Positions 25,568-35,737 of a stretch of 64,000 nucleotides of DNA are shown here, piece after piece. Origin of the DNA: Desulfobulbaceae bacterium (GTDB lineage Bacteria > Desulfobacterota > Desulfobulbia > Desulfobulbales > SURF-16); contig JALNXE010000001.1 in the NCBI GenBank assembly GCA_023230525.1, positions 39,488 to 103,487 of the forward strand, read 5' to 3'. The stretch's first letter is position 1. Each line of letters opens with the position of its first letter. The notes beneath the pieces were generated by a model that was given only the letters and a program-made list of their open reading frames with translations, was not told where the DNA came from and made no database searches. A program made the position numbers and the translations under genes.

Positions 25568-28100
25568 TTTTGCGCAACTCGACCATTTCCAGGATGGCCT
25601 CGTGATAGGTCATGCCGGATTTAACTCGCTTTTCGATCATGGCGATTTCAGAAGCCTTGGAGGTGTAAATAAAATAGGCGTAATCGTTTACTATCAAACG
25701 AGCCGGGCCAATTCCAAAGGGCGTGTCAAAGAAGATTTCTGAGTAGTATGGAGGGTTGGATTTGATACTTTTCAGGAGCTTCATTGAGAAATCATCGTAA
25801 TCAATCAATTTCAGGTTTTTCGCCTTATCAAAAGCAGGAGATTCCAAAAAGATTTTGAAGGCCGAGTTGTCTTTGATTACAGTTCCAACTTCACCAAATT
25901 GGTCCAGATCAAGAATAGATTGGGTGATAATCATGAAACTACCGGAGTATTTCCTGGCCCTGCGGTAGCCTTCGTTGACAACCGGAGCCAGCATTGAGGA
26001 CTTATCCAGAAACTGCCATGCTTCATCGAAAATAATCAGCCGATGCCGTGACCGATCTGAAAGGTAAAGGTCTTGAGTCACGGCATTGATAATGAGCATG
26101 GTGACAACCTTGTATAAATCAGGTTTTACCTTCAGGTTTTCCAACTCAAGTACAACAAACTCATCATGTCGAATATCAAAGGTGCTGGGGCCGCAAAAGA
26201 ATTTCCCGTAAAAGCCATACGATGTGTAATTCATCAAGAGAAAGCCTAATTTTCTGGCTTTCGCAATCAATTCCATGTTGGCATCAGATCCTTTATAATG
26301 TTCCATGCCGGGGCCATGAGGAAATACTTTCATAAATTCCACGACCGTATTTGCATCAGCATCCTGTCCTTTTTGATGCCATGCCCAATTTACCGCCCAA
26401 TAAAATAAATTTATTTCCTCTACATCATCGCATCCTGTTTTCGCATTGGCGTAGGCCATTTGCGCGAATACGGTTGCAATCGCAGATAATTCTTCCTCCG
26501 GCTCTATAATATTTGTGAAGGGATTAAGGCAGATCTCCGAATCAGGACTGAAATCCAGATACCTTGCACCCAGCATATCAGCCATTTTTTTGTAGGAACC
26601 ACCAATATCAATGATGCGGATTATGGAACCGCAAGCGTAATAATTAAAGGCTATGAAGTTGACCAGAAATGACTTGCCGGAACCAGATGTGGCGCAGCAA
26701 AAGCAATTAAAGTTGGTTGCCCCTTTTGCGAAAAAGTCCAACGAAACCAACTGCCCTTTCCGGCCAGTGAAGATCATATTCGGAATGCCGCCGGAACCAA
26801 CAAAATCGCCCTGAACTGGCAGCAATGGGGTGATTGAAGGTACTGATGCGGTAAAATCACGCTCCAGATTTTCTATGTTCTTACCGTCAGCGTATAGACA
26901 AAGAGGAAAAGACGAGATAAACAGGATTTTCAGAACCATGTTGTCTCGTTGCATCACATAGCCGTTATTCTCCCACAACCGTCTGACCCTGGTACATGAA
27001 TCTCTGGTATTTTCTACATCGTCCGAAAACACCCATAAAATGGGAATGATCTTGAGGAATTTGACACCATGTTCCAGATCATCTGCGGCCTCTATGTGTT
27101 CTGCTTGTTTACGGTAAAGCAGGGTAGATAATGAACCAACCCCTTTCTGATTGAGCATCAGATTGGTTTTTGCGTGGATTGTTACATCTATCCCCTTCTG
27201 AAAGACGATATTGAAGCAATAGAGAAAATCAGTCTTGATCTGGTCAGCATCCGAGATAATGCCCCATATCCCGCCAAACAGAGAGTTGGTCTGCATCGGG
27301 TCAACTTCTTTGGGAAAGCTCTTGGGGGTCGTGCAACACCAGTATTTATCTCCAGCCTGAATATAATCGCTACCTTCCTTGATAACGATATCCGCATTGA
27401 TAATCTGTTTTAGAATTGGAATATCAGGGCTGTAGGAATTGAAGTTATGCTCTGGATAATCCTTGGGGTAGGTATTGAATAACCGCCGCATCCATTCCAT
27501 AAGGTTGCCTGGTGGCATATTCCTGGGGTAAAGCTGCGCCGCTCTCAATGTCTCATTGATCTGCCGCCTGATGTCGATTAACGGTCCAATCTTCTTTTTA
27601 TCACCCAATTCGTCTGGCTCTGGCATACCAGACGCATCCCCAGGGACTTTAACCGCTACAAACAGCCGGAAATTTCTGACTGGAATAAAGCTACATGCCT
27701 CCAGCCCCTTTTTCCCTTCGAGTAAAAATTCCGTAACTCTTTCGGTATTGGTGACAATTATTGGTTCTGTTCTGGTTCGACTCTTTCGATACGCATCTAT
27801 GATTGGTTCTATGTGGGAATCAGCATGTAAAATAAACTGAATAATAGTGCCATAAGGCATCCCCGCCCTGAAAATACCCTCAAGTGAGTTCATGGCCTTT
27901 TCCCCTGCGTAGGTAAGCGGGGAACACTCCCATATCATCCCAAAGGTGCTGTCCTGGTTCACATAGATTTCATGCTCCTGGTCATAAGCGATATAGTTCA
28001 GGAAGGCAGAAAATGGATGCCGCCTGGTCAACTTGGCAAGATCGCTGTGTTTCAGGTATTCAGTATTGCCGTAAAGAAGCCTTTGGAAAAAGTCAATCAT
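25554..28100 (-). CDS. traC: F-type TraC (VirB4-family conjugative ATPase)
   Basis: 848 aa with Walker A CCATSGSGKS and Walker B LIIFDEAW, in the tra operon. Confidence 0.9.
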   Translation of the reverse strand: MIDFFQRLLYGNTEYLKHSDLAKLTRRHPFSAFLNYIAYDQEHEIYVNQDSTFGMIWECSPLTYAGEKAMNSLEGIFRAGMPYGTIIQFILHADSHIEPIIDAYRKSRTRTEPIIVTNTERVTEFLLEGKKGLEACSFIPVRNFRLFVAVKVPGDASGMPEPDELGDKKKIGPLIDIRRQINETLRAAQLYPRNMPPGNLMEWMRRLFNTYPKDYPEHNFNSYSPDIPILKQIINADIVIKEGSDYIQAGDKYWCCTTPKSFPKEVDPMQTNSLFGGIWGIISDADQIKTDFLYCFNIVFQKGIDVTIHAKTNLMLNQKGVGSLSTLLYRKQAEHIEAADDLEHGVKFLKIIPILWVFSDDVENTRDSCTRVRRLWENNGYVMQRDNMVLKILFISSFPLCLYADGKNIENLERDFTASVPSITPLLPVQGDFVGSGGIPNMIFTGRKGQLVSLDFFAKGATNFNCFCCATSGSGKSFLVNFIAFNYYACGSIIRIIDIGGSYKKMADMLGARYLDFSPDSEICLNPFTNIIEPEEELSAIATVFAQMAYANAKTGCDDVEEINLFYWAVNWAWHQKGQDADANTVVEFMKVFPHGPGMEHYKGSDANMELIAKARKLGFLLMNYTSYGFYGKFFCGPSTFDIRHDEFVVLELENLKVKPDLYKVVTMLIINAVTQDLYLSDRSRHRLIIFDEAWQFLDKSSMLAPVVNEGYRRARKYSGSFMIITQSILDLDQFGEVGTVIKDNSAFKIFLESPAFDKAKNLKLIDYDDFSMKLLKSIKSNPPYYSEIFFDTPFGIGPARLIVNDYAYFIYTSKASEIAMIEKRVKSGMTYHEAILEMVELRKNGQL

Positions 28101-28672
28101 TGTACTGCCTTTGACTTTTCACTTATATCTGTCAGTACCCATTGAGATTCTTTCAGCTTCAAATAGATATAGCGAGTCATAAACAGTTCGTCGTTCTCTC
28201 CTTTGTACGGCAGCATCAGTACCCGCATGATCTTGGGTGGTTCCAGCATCGGCCTGTCCGGTTCCTCCAGGAGTTCCGTGAGTGCCTTGTAACGGCTATT
28301 TTGAGCAGTTAGCTGGTTGATGTTGGTCTTTGAAACTTTGGTTACAATGATACTAAACCCATCGGTCCCTGCCGGTGGGCAGGGGATTGCTGTGCTGTCA
28401 ATATCGGTACAGGTCTTGGATTCGTTGGTTGCTCCAGGACAGGGAATAGTGTCACCATTGGCGTTTGTGCAGCTTGTCTCGCTTGCATGATCAGCATCGG
28501 GGAACCTGGCCTCCTTGTAGGCGGATGGCGTATCAATACACTTACCGGCATCATCTCTTGTGCGGCATTTGAAATTTTCCTCATAGGGGTTGACAACTTT
28601 TCCTAACCCGCCACAACCTGACAGAAGCAACGGAAGCAATAATAATGGCAGAATGACATATTTTAATTTCAT
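28097..28672 (-). CDS. traV: Outer-membrane lipoprotein TraV
   Basis: Lipobox LLLSGCGG and a Cys-rich mature N-terminus. The position between traB and traC is the same as in F. Confidence 0.65.
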   Translation of the reverse strand: MKLKYVILPLLLLPLLLSGCGGLGKVVNPYEENFKCRTRDDAGKCIDTPSAYKEARFPDADHASETSCTNANGDTIPCPGATNESKTCTDIDSTAIPCPPAGTDGFSIIVTKVSKTNINQLTAQNSRYKALTELLEEPDRPMLEPPKIMRVLMLPYKGENDELFMTRYIYLKLKESQWVLTDISEKSKAVQ

Positions 28673-29907
28673 AACGATTCGTCTCTTTTGTTGTCTTTAA
28701 TCTCCAGCTCTTTTCCTTCCGAGACAATGACAGTAATTTTCTTGGTAGCAGCCACTTCGATTACCGGTGTCGTCTGCTTTGCTAAATTCATGTAAAAATC
28801 TCGCAGGGTGGTTGCTCCCTCTGATAGTCCGCCACCAACGGCATACTTCCCGATCTGCGTTGGTTCAATAGTGTTGGTTGTTCCCAGGACAGATGTTGAG
28901 TTTGTGGTGGCCGCCGCTTTTAACGCGTCGCCGGCCCCGCCAAAAAATCCGGCTATGATCGCCCTGGCAGTTGCAGCGCCCATCCGGGAAACTACTCGTC
29001 CGGATAGGCCAACCTTGGAGTCAGAATCAGTTACAAAACCTTTGATCGGGGTATCAATAATGGCACTGCCTTCGTTGGATAGACAAGACAATGAGACCAG
29101 GCGAACATCAGCCCGTTCTTTGTCCAACCTGCCAACGGCCTCGGCTATAACGAAACAGCCGGCCAGGTTGGCCTTAATGTCATTTGGCAGCACTGCCGGG
29201 GTCTGGATACGGAGCAAAAGAGGTTCGGAGTTGCCCCCCTTGGCACCGCTCGAAGTAGCAGCATCGAAACCTGTCAAAAGTCTCGCCTCCATGAAAGAAG
29301 GAGGGAGATAGACCGTCCGGCCTTTTTTTTTAACGTCATCTTGGGGAAGAGCAGCTGCCTGGTTTGAAATCACTGAAATCTTGCCGACGATCTTCTTTTC
29401 CTGCTTCTGGTTTCCACGGCCACGGCCACTCACTTGAGGCGAGGGACCCAAATTACGAACACTTGATGATGGTTGCGTATTGTAAAATGCAGGCATTCCC
29501 TGTTCATCAAGAACTTGTTTTCCATTTGCATCTAATGCAGGTATAGGTATAGGTTTTCCCTGAGATAATTGTTCAGGCGTGGGGATAAGTAATTTCATAC
29601 TTTCCGCATCTTTGTTTTTCTTCTCTTGCATAGCCAAAAAATCGGTCTGGCTTTTTGTCAGATCGGTCATGCCCTTTTTCAGAGCATCAATCTGCCGCCC
29701 CTGTTCCTTGAGCATGGTCTTTTCAATCATGTCAGGGTCCAGGTAAATGGTCCTGTTTTTTTCTGTCCCCGCAACACTTACCTTTTTTTTAGCGCGGGAA
29801 TTGTAACCAGTAACAGCGATTACCAGAACAATGAGACCGACTACCGACCAGACGAAAACCTTTTTGTTTTGTGGTGTCAGGTTGTTGAACTTTTCTTTCA
29901 GGGTCAT
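28669..29907 (-). CDS. traB: TraB (VirB10-like) conjugative transfer protein
   Basis: 412 aa with an N-terminal TM, a Pro/Gln-rich linker and a C-terminal beta-domain, in traK-traB-traV order. Confidence 0.8.
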   Translation of the reverse strand: MTLKEKFNNLTPQNKKVFVWSVVGLIVLVIAVTGYNSRAKKKVSVAGTEKNRTIYLDPDMIEKTMLKEQGRQIDALKKGMTDLTKSQTDFLAMQEKKNKDAESMKLLIPTPEQLSQGKPIPIPALDANGKQVLDEQGMPAFYNTQPSSSVRNLGPSPQVSGRGRGNQKQEKKIVGKISVISNQAAALPQDDVKKKGRTVYLPPSFMEARLLTGFDAATSSGAKGGNSEPLLLRIQTPAVLPNDIKANLAGCFVIAEAVGRLDKERADVRLVSLSCLSNEGSAIIDTPIKGFVTDSDSKVGLSGRVVSRMGAATARAIIAGFFGGAGDALKAAATTNSTSVLGTTNTIEPTQIGKYAVGGGLSEGATTLRDFYMNLAKQTTPVIEVAATKKITVIVSEGKELEIKDNKRDESL

Positions 29908-30869
29908 TGCGATTGCTCCCGTTTTTCAACCACAAACACCCGGGTCGCTTCGCCGGCGTTCAGAACCTGATCTTCTATTGCCACGGCCAGGATGGATTCA
30001 CCGATATCAAGTGCTAGAAAGGTTTTCTCCTGCAATTCCATTGTCTCACCCTTCTTGGTAGAGGCCACCTTGAATTGCTTTAACCGCAATCCTACCCCTT
30101 CCACATCCACGGTCTGCATCAGGTTGACGCTCAGATCACCACACAAGGGAATCAGGGTGTCAACATTTGACACCTTGTAGCTGGATGGATAGCCGCCTTC
30201 GTAACCTTCCTTGATGATCTGCAAGACCTGTTTTTCCAAAGGCATGTTTTTGTAATGGTCGATATTTTTTTGGAAAACATCCTTTGCCGGTGCGGCCAGA
30301 TGCAGGGTTACAGATGAAATTTCTTGAGGTTCCGCAATCAGGGTATAAACTGCCCCATTGCAGACAATAAATAACTCGCTGGGAGTCTCAGCATAGGTTA
30401 GCAGTCCGTTGAACTCCTCGGCCTTGAATTTGATAAAGGCGCTATTGCCGGAAAAATGACCGGTAATGCCCTTTTCTTCCGAGAAAATCAAATCACTCAT
30501 CGACCCAGAACAGACAATCCGGTTGATGTCACGATTGGACAACTGTACGATGGTTGGCATTTCAGGGGCAATGAAGTTGACATGCGTAGGGTTGTCTGAA
30601 GGATAATTGGTAGTTGAAGGTTTTAGGGGTTTTGACTCCCTCATAACCGGGAATTGCTCTTCTTGTGGTGGAAGAATAGAGGTCTGGTCTTTCAGATCAT
30701 ATGTTTTTTCACTTGCCGGCTCTTCCAAAACAGGTGCTTGTTCTTCTTGTTTCGTTTGCACCATAAAATCCGCAACATGAGCTGAAGCGGGTGGAGCAGG
30801 TGCTTCTTCTGCTTGCACCGAGGCGCCAGCCAATAGCAAGCACAGGCTTATCCGTAAGATTTTCCTCAT
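29904..30869 (-). CDS. traK: TraK (VirB9/secretin-like) conjugative transfer protein
   Basis: Signal peptide, 321 aa, lying between traE and traB with overlapping stops and starts. Confidence 0.75.
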   Translation of the reverse strand: MRKILRISLCLLLAGASVQAEEAPAPPASAHVADFMVQTKQEEQAPVLEEPASEKTYDLKDQTSILPPQEEQFPVMRESKPLKPSTTNYPSDNPTHVNFIAPEMPTIVQLSNRDINRIVCSGSMSDLIFSEEKGITGHFSGNSAFIKFKAEEFNGLLTYAETPSELFIVCNGAVYTLIAEPQEISSVTLHLAAPAKDVFQKNIDHYKNMPLEKQVLQIIKEGYEGGYPSSYKVSNVDTLIPLCGDLSVNLMQTVDVEGVGLRLKQFKVASTKKGETMELQEKTFLALDIGESILAVAIEDQVLNAGEATRVFVVEKREQSQ

Positions 30870-31525
30870 TTCGTTTCCGTCTCCGCTTGCTTGTCCATCT
30901 TTATTTTTTCCTCTGCCAATTTATTGAGCTTCACTTCTGTTTCTGCTTCTGCTTTAAGTTCGGCATTATCCGCTCTGAGATTCTTCTCCTTGAACTCGCT
31001 AATCTCAAAACGGCCATCACGGATGCGATAAGCGACCACAAAGGTTTTGGCGGCCTTTTCGAGTTTTGTGTCTCCAGCATACTGGACTAAATTCCCAAAC
31101 ATCTCGATAGTGCCTTCTCTTATAGTGATTTTCTCCATGTAAAATGTCGAACTTACCTGCGATTCTTCAATACGACCCGCCAAGGAGTACCAGCTTTTTG
31201 AGGCTTCGGGATAGGCTTCGGAGGTGTAGAGAGAGAGCAGATCATTAAACTGCCCTCGGGCCGTGGGTGGGGAGTAGGTAGTAGCCAGGTTGACAATCTT
31301 TCTGCTTATATCTTTGATGTAAGTCTCGGTAGGCTTGCCCTGAACAAATTCCACCGTGCCGGTCATAGTGGGTGGAATCAGCACAACACGCTGGTATTTA
31401 ACAGCCCGATATACCATAAGTGAGTTGAAGCAGAAGGCCACAGCCATTACCACGAAAGCAAATTTAAGCAGTCGGTTTTCACCGAATAAATTGCTTGATT
31501 TTTGTACAAAAAAATCTACTTTCAC
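30866..31525 (-). CDS. traE: TraE (VirB5/8-position bitopic membrane protein of F-type systems)
   Basis: N-terminal TM (FAFVVMAVAFCFNSLMVY), 219 aa, in traL-traE-traK order. Confidence 0.75.
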   Translation of the reverse strand: MKVDFFVQKSSNLFGENRLLKFAFVVMAVAFCFNSLMVYRAVKYQRVVLIPPTMTGTVEFVQGKPTETYIKDISRKIVNLATTYSPPTARGQFNDLLSLYTSEAYPEASKSWYSLAGRIEESQVSSTFYMEKITIREGTIEMFGNLVQYAGDTKLEKAAKTFVVAYRIRDGRFEISEFKEKNLRADNAELKAEAETEVKLNKLAEEKIKMDKQAETETK

Positions 31526-31791
31526 TCGCCAAACTCCTGCTGGAAGTAGTCAGGATAGTTTTTCATCTTGACCATGCCAAAGACGTAGAGAAGATGTTTC
31601 AAGAATCCCCGTGCCTGAGAACGTTTGGTTTTGGTGTAGGAATACTGAGATACCAGGAAGACAAGCCACATTAACTTGCCGTAGATCAATGACAGGGTAA
31701 GGAAGAAGAGGAACAAGACCAACTCATCCACCTCAAACCACAGCACTTGAAACGGTTTAGATAGATATTGAGGAAACTTTTTGGAGATCAT
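31522..31791 (-). CDS. traL: TraL (F-type pilus assembly membrane protein)
   Basis: 89 aa. KFPQYLSKPFQVLWFEVDELVLFLFFL fits the TraL family pattern, and it directly follows the pilin gene. Confidence 0.7.
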   Translation of the reverse strand: MISKKFPQYLSKPFQVLWFEVDELVLFLFFLTLSLIYGKLMWLVFLVSQYSYTKTKRSQARGFLKHLLYVFGMVKMKNYPDYFQQEFGE

Positions 31792-31810
31792 TGCTTTGAT
31801 AACCTCATTG

Positions 31811-32104
31811 TTAAATAATTAAAGCGCCGACAGACTGCACAACGGTATCAGCGGAAAGCAGAAATGCACCTCCAAGGACAACGCCTGCCGCGGGAAGAAT
31901 CATCTGCCGGATAGCAAGAATGGCTGCAAAAGCCATAGAAGCGACACCAGCAACAAATCCAATAGGGCCAAGCAAAATCTCATTTACCGCAATATCGTAT
32001 AGATCATAGGCAAACGAACCAGCCGCCGGAGTTACCATTGCGAAGACACTGACTGTCTGGAGCAATAAAACGGTTGAGATGGTAATAATAGTTGCTTTTT
32101 TCAT
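31811..32104 (-). CDS. traA: Pilin precursor (TraA-like)
   Basis: 97 aa with a leader and two long hydrophobic segments. It is the first gene of the traL-E-K-B block. The assignment rests on size, topology and position only. Confidence 0.5.
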   Translation of the reverse strand: MKKATIITISTVLLLQTVSVFAMVTPAAGSFAYDLYDIAVNEILLGPIGFVAGVASMAFAAILAIRQMILPAAGVVLGGAFLLSADTVVQSVGALII

Positions 32105-32246
32105 GATTACTTCTCCTTGCGTTGTTGCATGAGCTTGTATTTTTAATTGAAAGGACCTGATTGTCTCTCAGAGTCGCAAAATATAACTGCTGGTAAGATG
32201 AGAAATATGCCGGAAGCGGCAACCGTTGATTTTTGACCCCGCGGAA

Positions 32247-32873
32247 TCAATATTTCGCCAGTTGTATCTCTACCTTTCGGTTGCTTTCTAAGGTGCTTCC
32301 GTAAATCATCCCTTTTCCTTCCGCTGACGCCACCTTGTAACCATTTCTCCGAAGCATTGTGGCAACAACCTCGGCTCGGGACCTGGAAAGTTCCAGGTTT
32401 TGGCTTTCGATTCCAATCGAACAGGTGTAGCCGGTGATATACAGAGGACAGGCGACACAACACTCGCGTAACTCCATCAGGAGCTTGTTGCCGGCATCCG
32501 GGGATAACCAGGCGCTGCCCAGGTCAAAATAAACCACGGAGAACGAACGGCGTTCTGGTCTATGGCGTTCTGGTCTGGCGTAAAAAGATGGTTGCCTGGA
32601 AATGATGAAAGTTTGATGGATTGGAATTTCTACAGGTGTGTTTATGACAAGCGGATAGTTGTAAAAATCCTGACGGATTTCAAGCCCAAAAGCAGGGCTG
32701 GTGAGCATAAAACATGTTCCGACAATCAGGATGATATTTTGAACTTGTTTTTTGGCTTGAGTCATCATTCCTGTCGCATTAAAGAAACTACCGTTTCTTT
32801 TTATTCGTTTGAGCGATTGTCGCATCTTTTCGTGGTCATTTTGCAATTTCTTGTTCACTTTTTTCGAGGTCAT
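32247..32873 (-). CDS. OmpA/MotB-family peptidoglycan-binding protein
   Basis: C-terminal OmpA-like domain (ITGYTCSIGIESQNLELSRSRAEVVATMLRRNG…NRKVEIQL) and an N-terminal TM. Confidence 0.75.
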   Translation of the reverse strand: MTSKKVNKKLQNDHEKMRQSLKRIKRNGSFFNATGMMTQAKKQVQNIILIVGTCFMLTSPAFGLEIRQDFYNYPLVINTPVEIPIHQTFIISRQPSFYARPERHRPERRSFSVVYFDLGSAWLSPDAGNKLLMELRECCVACPLYITGYTCSIGIESQNLELSRSRAEVVATMLRRNGYKVASAEGKGMIYGSTLESNRKVEIQLAKY

Positions 32874-33321
32874 TATTTGACATTGCCATGCCCTTTTTTT
32901 GCCCTTCCTTTTGCTCTGTTTTCACTTGTCTTTCTTTGGCTCTATGGGCTCTCTTTCGTACCCGATAAAGTTTTCTAATATCAAAATCTGACAGCTTAAA
33001 CCGATAGGTTAATTCAATCTCTGTTAGCAGAACTTTCATGGAAAGCCGTTTGCCTGGTTCCATGTTCATGAATCTGGAATACGCATAGCGTTCCCATTTG
33101 GTTTCCAGATCACAAGTGTCAAAGAGTGCCTCTTTGTCTTTCTTGCCTTTTTTTGTAATTTGCGGACGTAAAAAATCGTGCATTCCCCAAAGTTTTTCCA
33201 GCAATTTCAAGCCGATTAAATCGTTATCCGTGAGCGGGTCGCTTGTTGTGTTTATCCTTTCCATCCAGCGTAGTGTTTTTAGCGGAATTTTAGAGGTCTT
33301 CGCATATTCTTTGATTTCCAT
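32836..33321 (-). CDS. Putative HTH DNA-binding protein (MerR/excisionase-like N-terminus)
   Basis: MEIKEYAKTSKIPLKTLRWMER looks like an HTH, and the C-terminus is basic. No firm family. Confidence 0.4.
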   Translation of the reverse strand: MEIKEYAKTSKIPLKTLRWMERINTTSDPLTDNDLIGLKLLEKLWGMHDFLRPQITKKGKKDKEALFDTCDLETKWERYAYSRFMNMEPGKRLSMKVLLTEIELTYRFKLSDFDIRKLYRVRKRAHRAKERQVKTEQKEGQKKGMAMSNNDLEKSEQEIAK

Positions 33322-33862
33322 ATCCCTCTATTCTCCTGATAGCATTTGATAAAATCCTTCTGACCGATTGGATATGAATCCCAAAATGATTGGCAATCGT
33401 GTAAAAGCTGACGGGTTTTGGCTGTGAAAGAATCCACCGGGAAACGAGCCTTTGTCGATCAGTTAGTGCAGACAATGCCTCGGCAATGACAGAGTCATCC
33501 AGATCAGAAGATCCATTCAGGTCTGGGGATTGTTCTTTTTGAATTGCCATGGCTGCCTCTTGTTCGTTAGCTAAGGCAACACCAGCGGCCATTTGGATAC
33601 ATCTGGTGCGAAAGACTATACGGAAATACTTGCTCGTTAAGGACAAATCCTTGTTTTGCTCGATTAAGACCGAGATTACCTGATACACAGCAAGCTTGGC
33701 CTCTCCGGCCAAGTCACTTGTATCGCATGACATATACCGATAATAGGGTGCGGCTATGCACCATATCAACACCCTGTGGGAGTGCACCCAGGATTGAGCT
33801 AGTGGCCAGATGATTTGTCTATCTTGGTTTACAGATATGCTCTGGGGGGGCGTGATTTTCAT
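33290..33862 (-). CDS. Sigma-70 region-4-like transcription factor
   Basis: The C-terminal LTDRQRLVSRWILSQPKPVSFYTIANHFGIHIQSVRRILSNAIRRI resembles the sigma70 r4/LuxR-type HTH. Confidence 0.45.
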   Translation of the reverse strand: MKITPPQSISVNQDRQIIWPLAQSWVHSHRVLIWCIAAPYYRYMSCDTSDLAGEAKLAVYQVISVLIEQNKDLSLTSKYFRIVFRTRCIQMAAGVALANEQEAAMAIQKEQSPDLNGSSDLDDSVIAEALSALTDRQRLVSRWILSQPKPVSFYTIANHFGIHIQSVRRILSNAIRRIEGYGNQRICEDL

Positions 33863-34104
33863 GACTTGCTCTGCGGGGTTGAAATAGTTGCAGATTTTTT
33901 CTCCTTCTTCAACTTTTGTCTTATCAAGGTGTCTTGACGTGATGCTGATTTTGCAGATTCTATTGCCGCATTTCGATCAATGCGAGCCAGCCGGATTAAT
34001 CGATCGGCTTGGTTATTAACTTCCGGCAGTGACATTTTGGCCAAGTTGGTCAGGACTTGCTCAATGCGATCTAAACGAATCAATATCTCTTGCTCGCTAT
34101 TCAT
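33859..34104 (-). CDS. Hypothetical 81-aa protein
   Basis: The ORF is coupled by 4-nt overlaps to both neighbours in the regulatory block. No domain recognised. Confidence 0.3.
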   Translation of the reverse strand: MNSEQEILIRLDRIEQVLTNLAKMSLPEVNNQADRLIRLARIDRNAAIESAKSASRQDTLIRQKLKKEKKSATISTPQSKS

Positions 34105-34664
34105 CTGTCGTCGCTATGTTGCTGGTTGTCATTAGCGGCTAATGCTTCTTGCTGCCTGTTATGTTGTTCCTTTTGCAAGTCTGTTGGAGTAAAAATTTCT
34201 GATAGGATCAACTTAAATACAAGAAGGTCTATGCGTTGTTTGATCTCGACAACCTCATCCATGTTGGCGAGAACTTTTTTCTTGCGATTTAGCAGATCTG
34301 CAAGGTTTGCTTCGGGAAAATGTTCAGAAAGGTGGCTAATGTTCCTAATGGCTTCGACCATCTCCTCGCAAATGCGCGATGCAAAAACAGATAAATCGTG
34401 ATGGGAATTTTTCAGGTCAGGGTATTGCTGAGAAATGATATTTTTTCTGACAGGGCAGGAAGAACAAAGATCGGTAAGAAGAGTGATGTCATTTAAGTGC
34501 ACGGCAATTTTGCACATATCATTCAGGTAAGGGATATGTTTATCAGCACGACGGTTCTCGTATTTTGACAATGTGCTGGTACCTACCCCTATAGCTGAGC
34601 TCAGATTGCCAAGGGTTAGCCCTTGATTTTTCCTGGTAGACTTTATTTTTTCACCTAATCCCAT
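34101..34664 (-). CDS. XRE-family HTH transcriptional regulator
   Basis: IKSTRKNQGLTLGNLSSAIGVGTSTLSKYENR is a Cro/CI-type HTH. 187 aa. Confidence 0.8.
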   Translation of the reverse strand: MGLGEKIKSTRKNQGLTLGNLSSAIGVGTSTLSKYENRRADKHIPYLNDMCKIAVHLNDITLLTDLCSSCPVRKNIISQQYPDLKNSHHDLSVFASRICEEMVEAIRNISHLSEHFPEANLADLLNRKKKVLANMDEVVEIKQRIDLLVFKLILSEIFTPTDLQKEQHNRQQEALAANDNQQHSDDR

Positions 34665-34803
34665 GCCCCCTCCTGTATTTCTATTTTTGCGAAACTATTT
34701 ATTATTTATTCACATAATGCAATGTTTATTTTAATAAAACTAACAATAATAAACATATTTTCATTCTTCGGGAAGTTCATGGTATTGAAAACAGGTATTT
34801 ACG

Positions 34804-34829
34804 TATTTTGCGAAATTATTTGCAAAATA
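34804..34829. promoter_or_regulatory. Candidate operator in the divergent XRE/XRE intergenic region: TATTTTGC-N10-GCAAAATA
   Basis: 8-bp perfect inverted arms at 34804-34811 and 34822-34829. A related half-site, TTTTTGCGAAACTATTT, lies at 34684-34700. Confidence 0.3.
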
Positions 34830-34853
34830 CGAAAAAATGTATAAGATTGCGGC

Positions 34854-35492
34854 ATGGAGAAATTTAACAATATAGAAATGGGTAAGAGGATAAAACGAAT
34901 TAGGGACAGTCTTGGCCTAAACCAAACTGAGTTTGGTGAATTGTTGGGTGGGCTTGCCGCCAGTACAATCTCTGGGTATGAGACTGGAGATAGGGAGCCA
35001 AAGATCAAAATTCTCAAGAAAATTGCAAGTCTTGGGGAAATGTCTATTAGTTCTTTTGTGAGTTGCCTAGAGGGTGAAACACCTGGAGATAATATTCTGC
35101 AAGAAAAAGAGCCAACGCAAAAAGGACAAGTCTCTACCAGTACTGCTTCATGCATTCCATATGCTCAGGCACGTATGACGCAGCAGGTTGATCAGTTTCC
35201 AGAAAATAGCACAAAAGAAAAAAAACATAAATTTAACGACGACTATGAAGTCATTAGCATCAAGGAAATGGTGAACATGACCATTGAGGTGCTGGAGTCT
35301 AAAACAGTTTTTAGGGCAGCTCTGGTTTCAAGCGTTAGAGCATTTCATGATGCAGTGATAAAGGAGGAAGAAATGGATTCAGTACGACAGGAAATGAAAG
35401 AGATGAGTGAGCGCATGGAAAGAATGGAGCAAATGCTGCTTTCTCTCGGGGCCTCTCTGCCAGAAAAAAGAGACCAATCGGCCGTTGCTTAG
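34854..35492 (+). CDS. XRE-family HTH transcriptional regulator (divergent from 34101-34664)
   Basis: IKRIRDSLGLNQTEFGELLGGLAASTISGYETGDREP is a Cro/CI-type HTH. 212 aa with a coiled C-terminus. Confidence 0.8.
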   Translation: MEKFNNIEMGKRIKRIRDSLGLNQTEFGELLGGLAASTISGYETGDREPKIKILKKIASLGEMSISSFVSCLEGETPGDNILQEKEPTQKGQVSTSTASCIPYAQARMTQQVDQFPENSTKEKKHKFNDDYEVISIKEMVNMTIEVLESKTVFRAALVSSVRAFHDAVIKEEEMDSVRQEMKEMSERMERMEQMLLSLGASLPEKRDQSAVA

Positions 35493-35737
35493 ATTGGTCA
35501 CTGTAGGGTTATTATCAACAACTTCTCATAATAAAAATATACAAAAAAATACCCAAGTAACTAACGAAAGTGATGAAGAGTTGTTGTAAAAAAAAAATTG
35601 GGAGGAATTGAGAAGGATTTTTTAAGAGTAATATAAGCGAAAAGAGATAATGGAAGAGATCAATTTGTGCCGTGTGATAAATGTCCAATGAGTGCTTTTT
35701 GCTGTGGGTTTTGTTCGTTCACTTGCCGACCACATTT

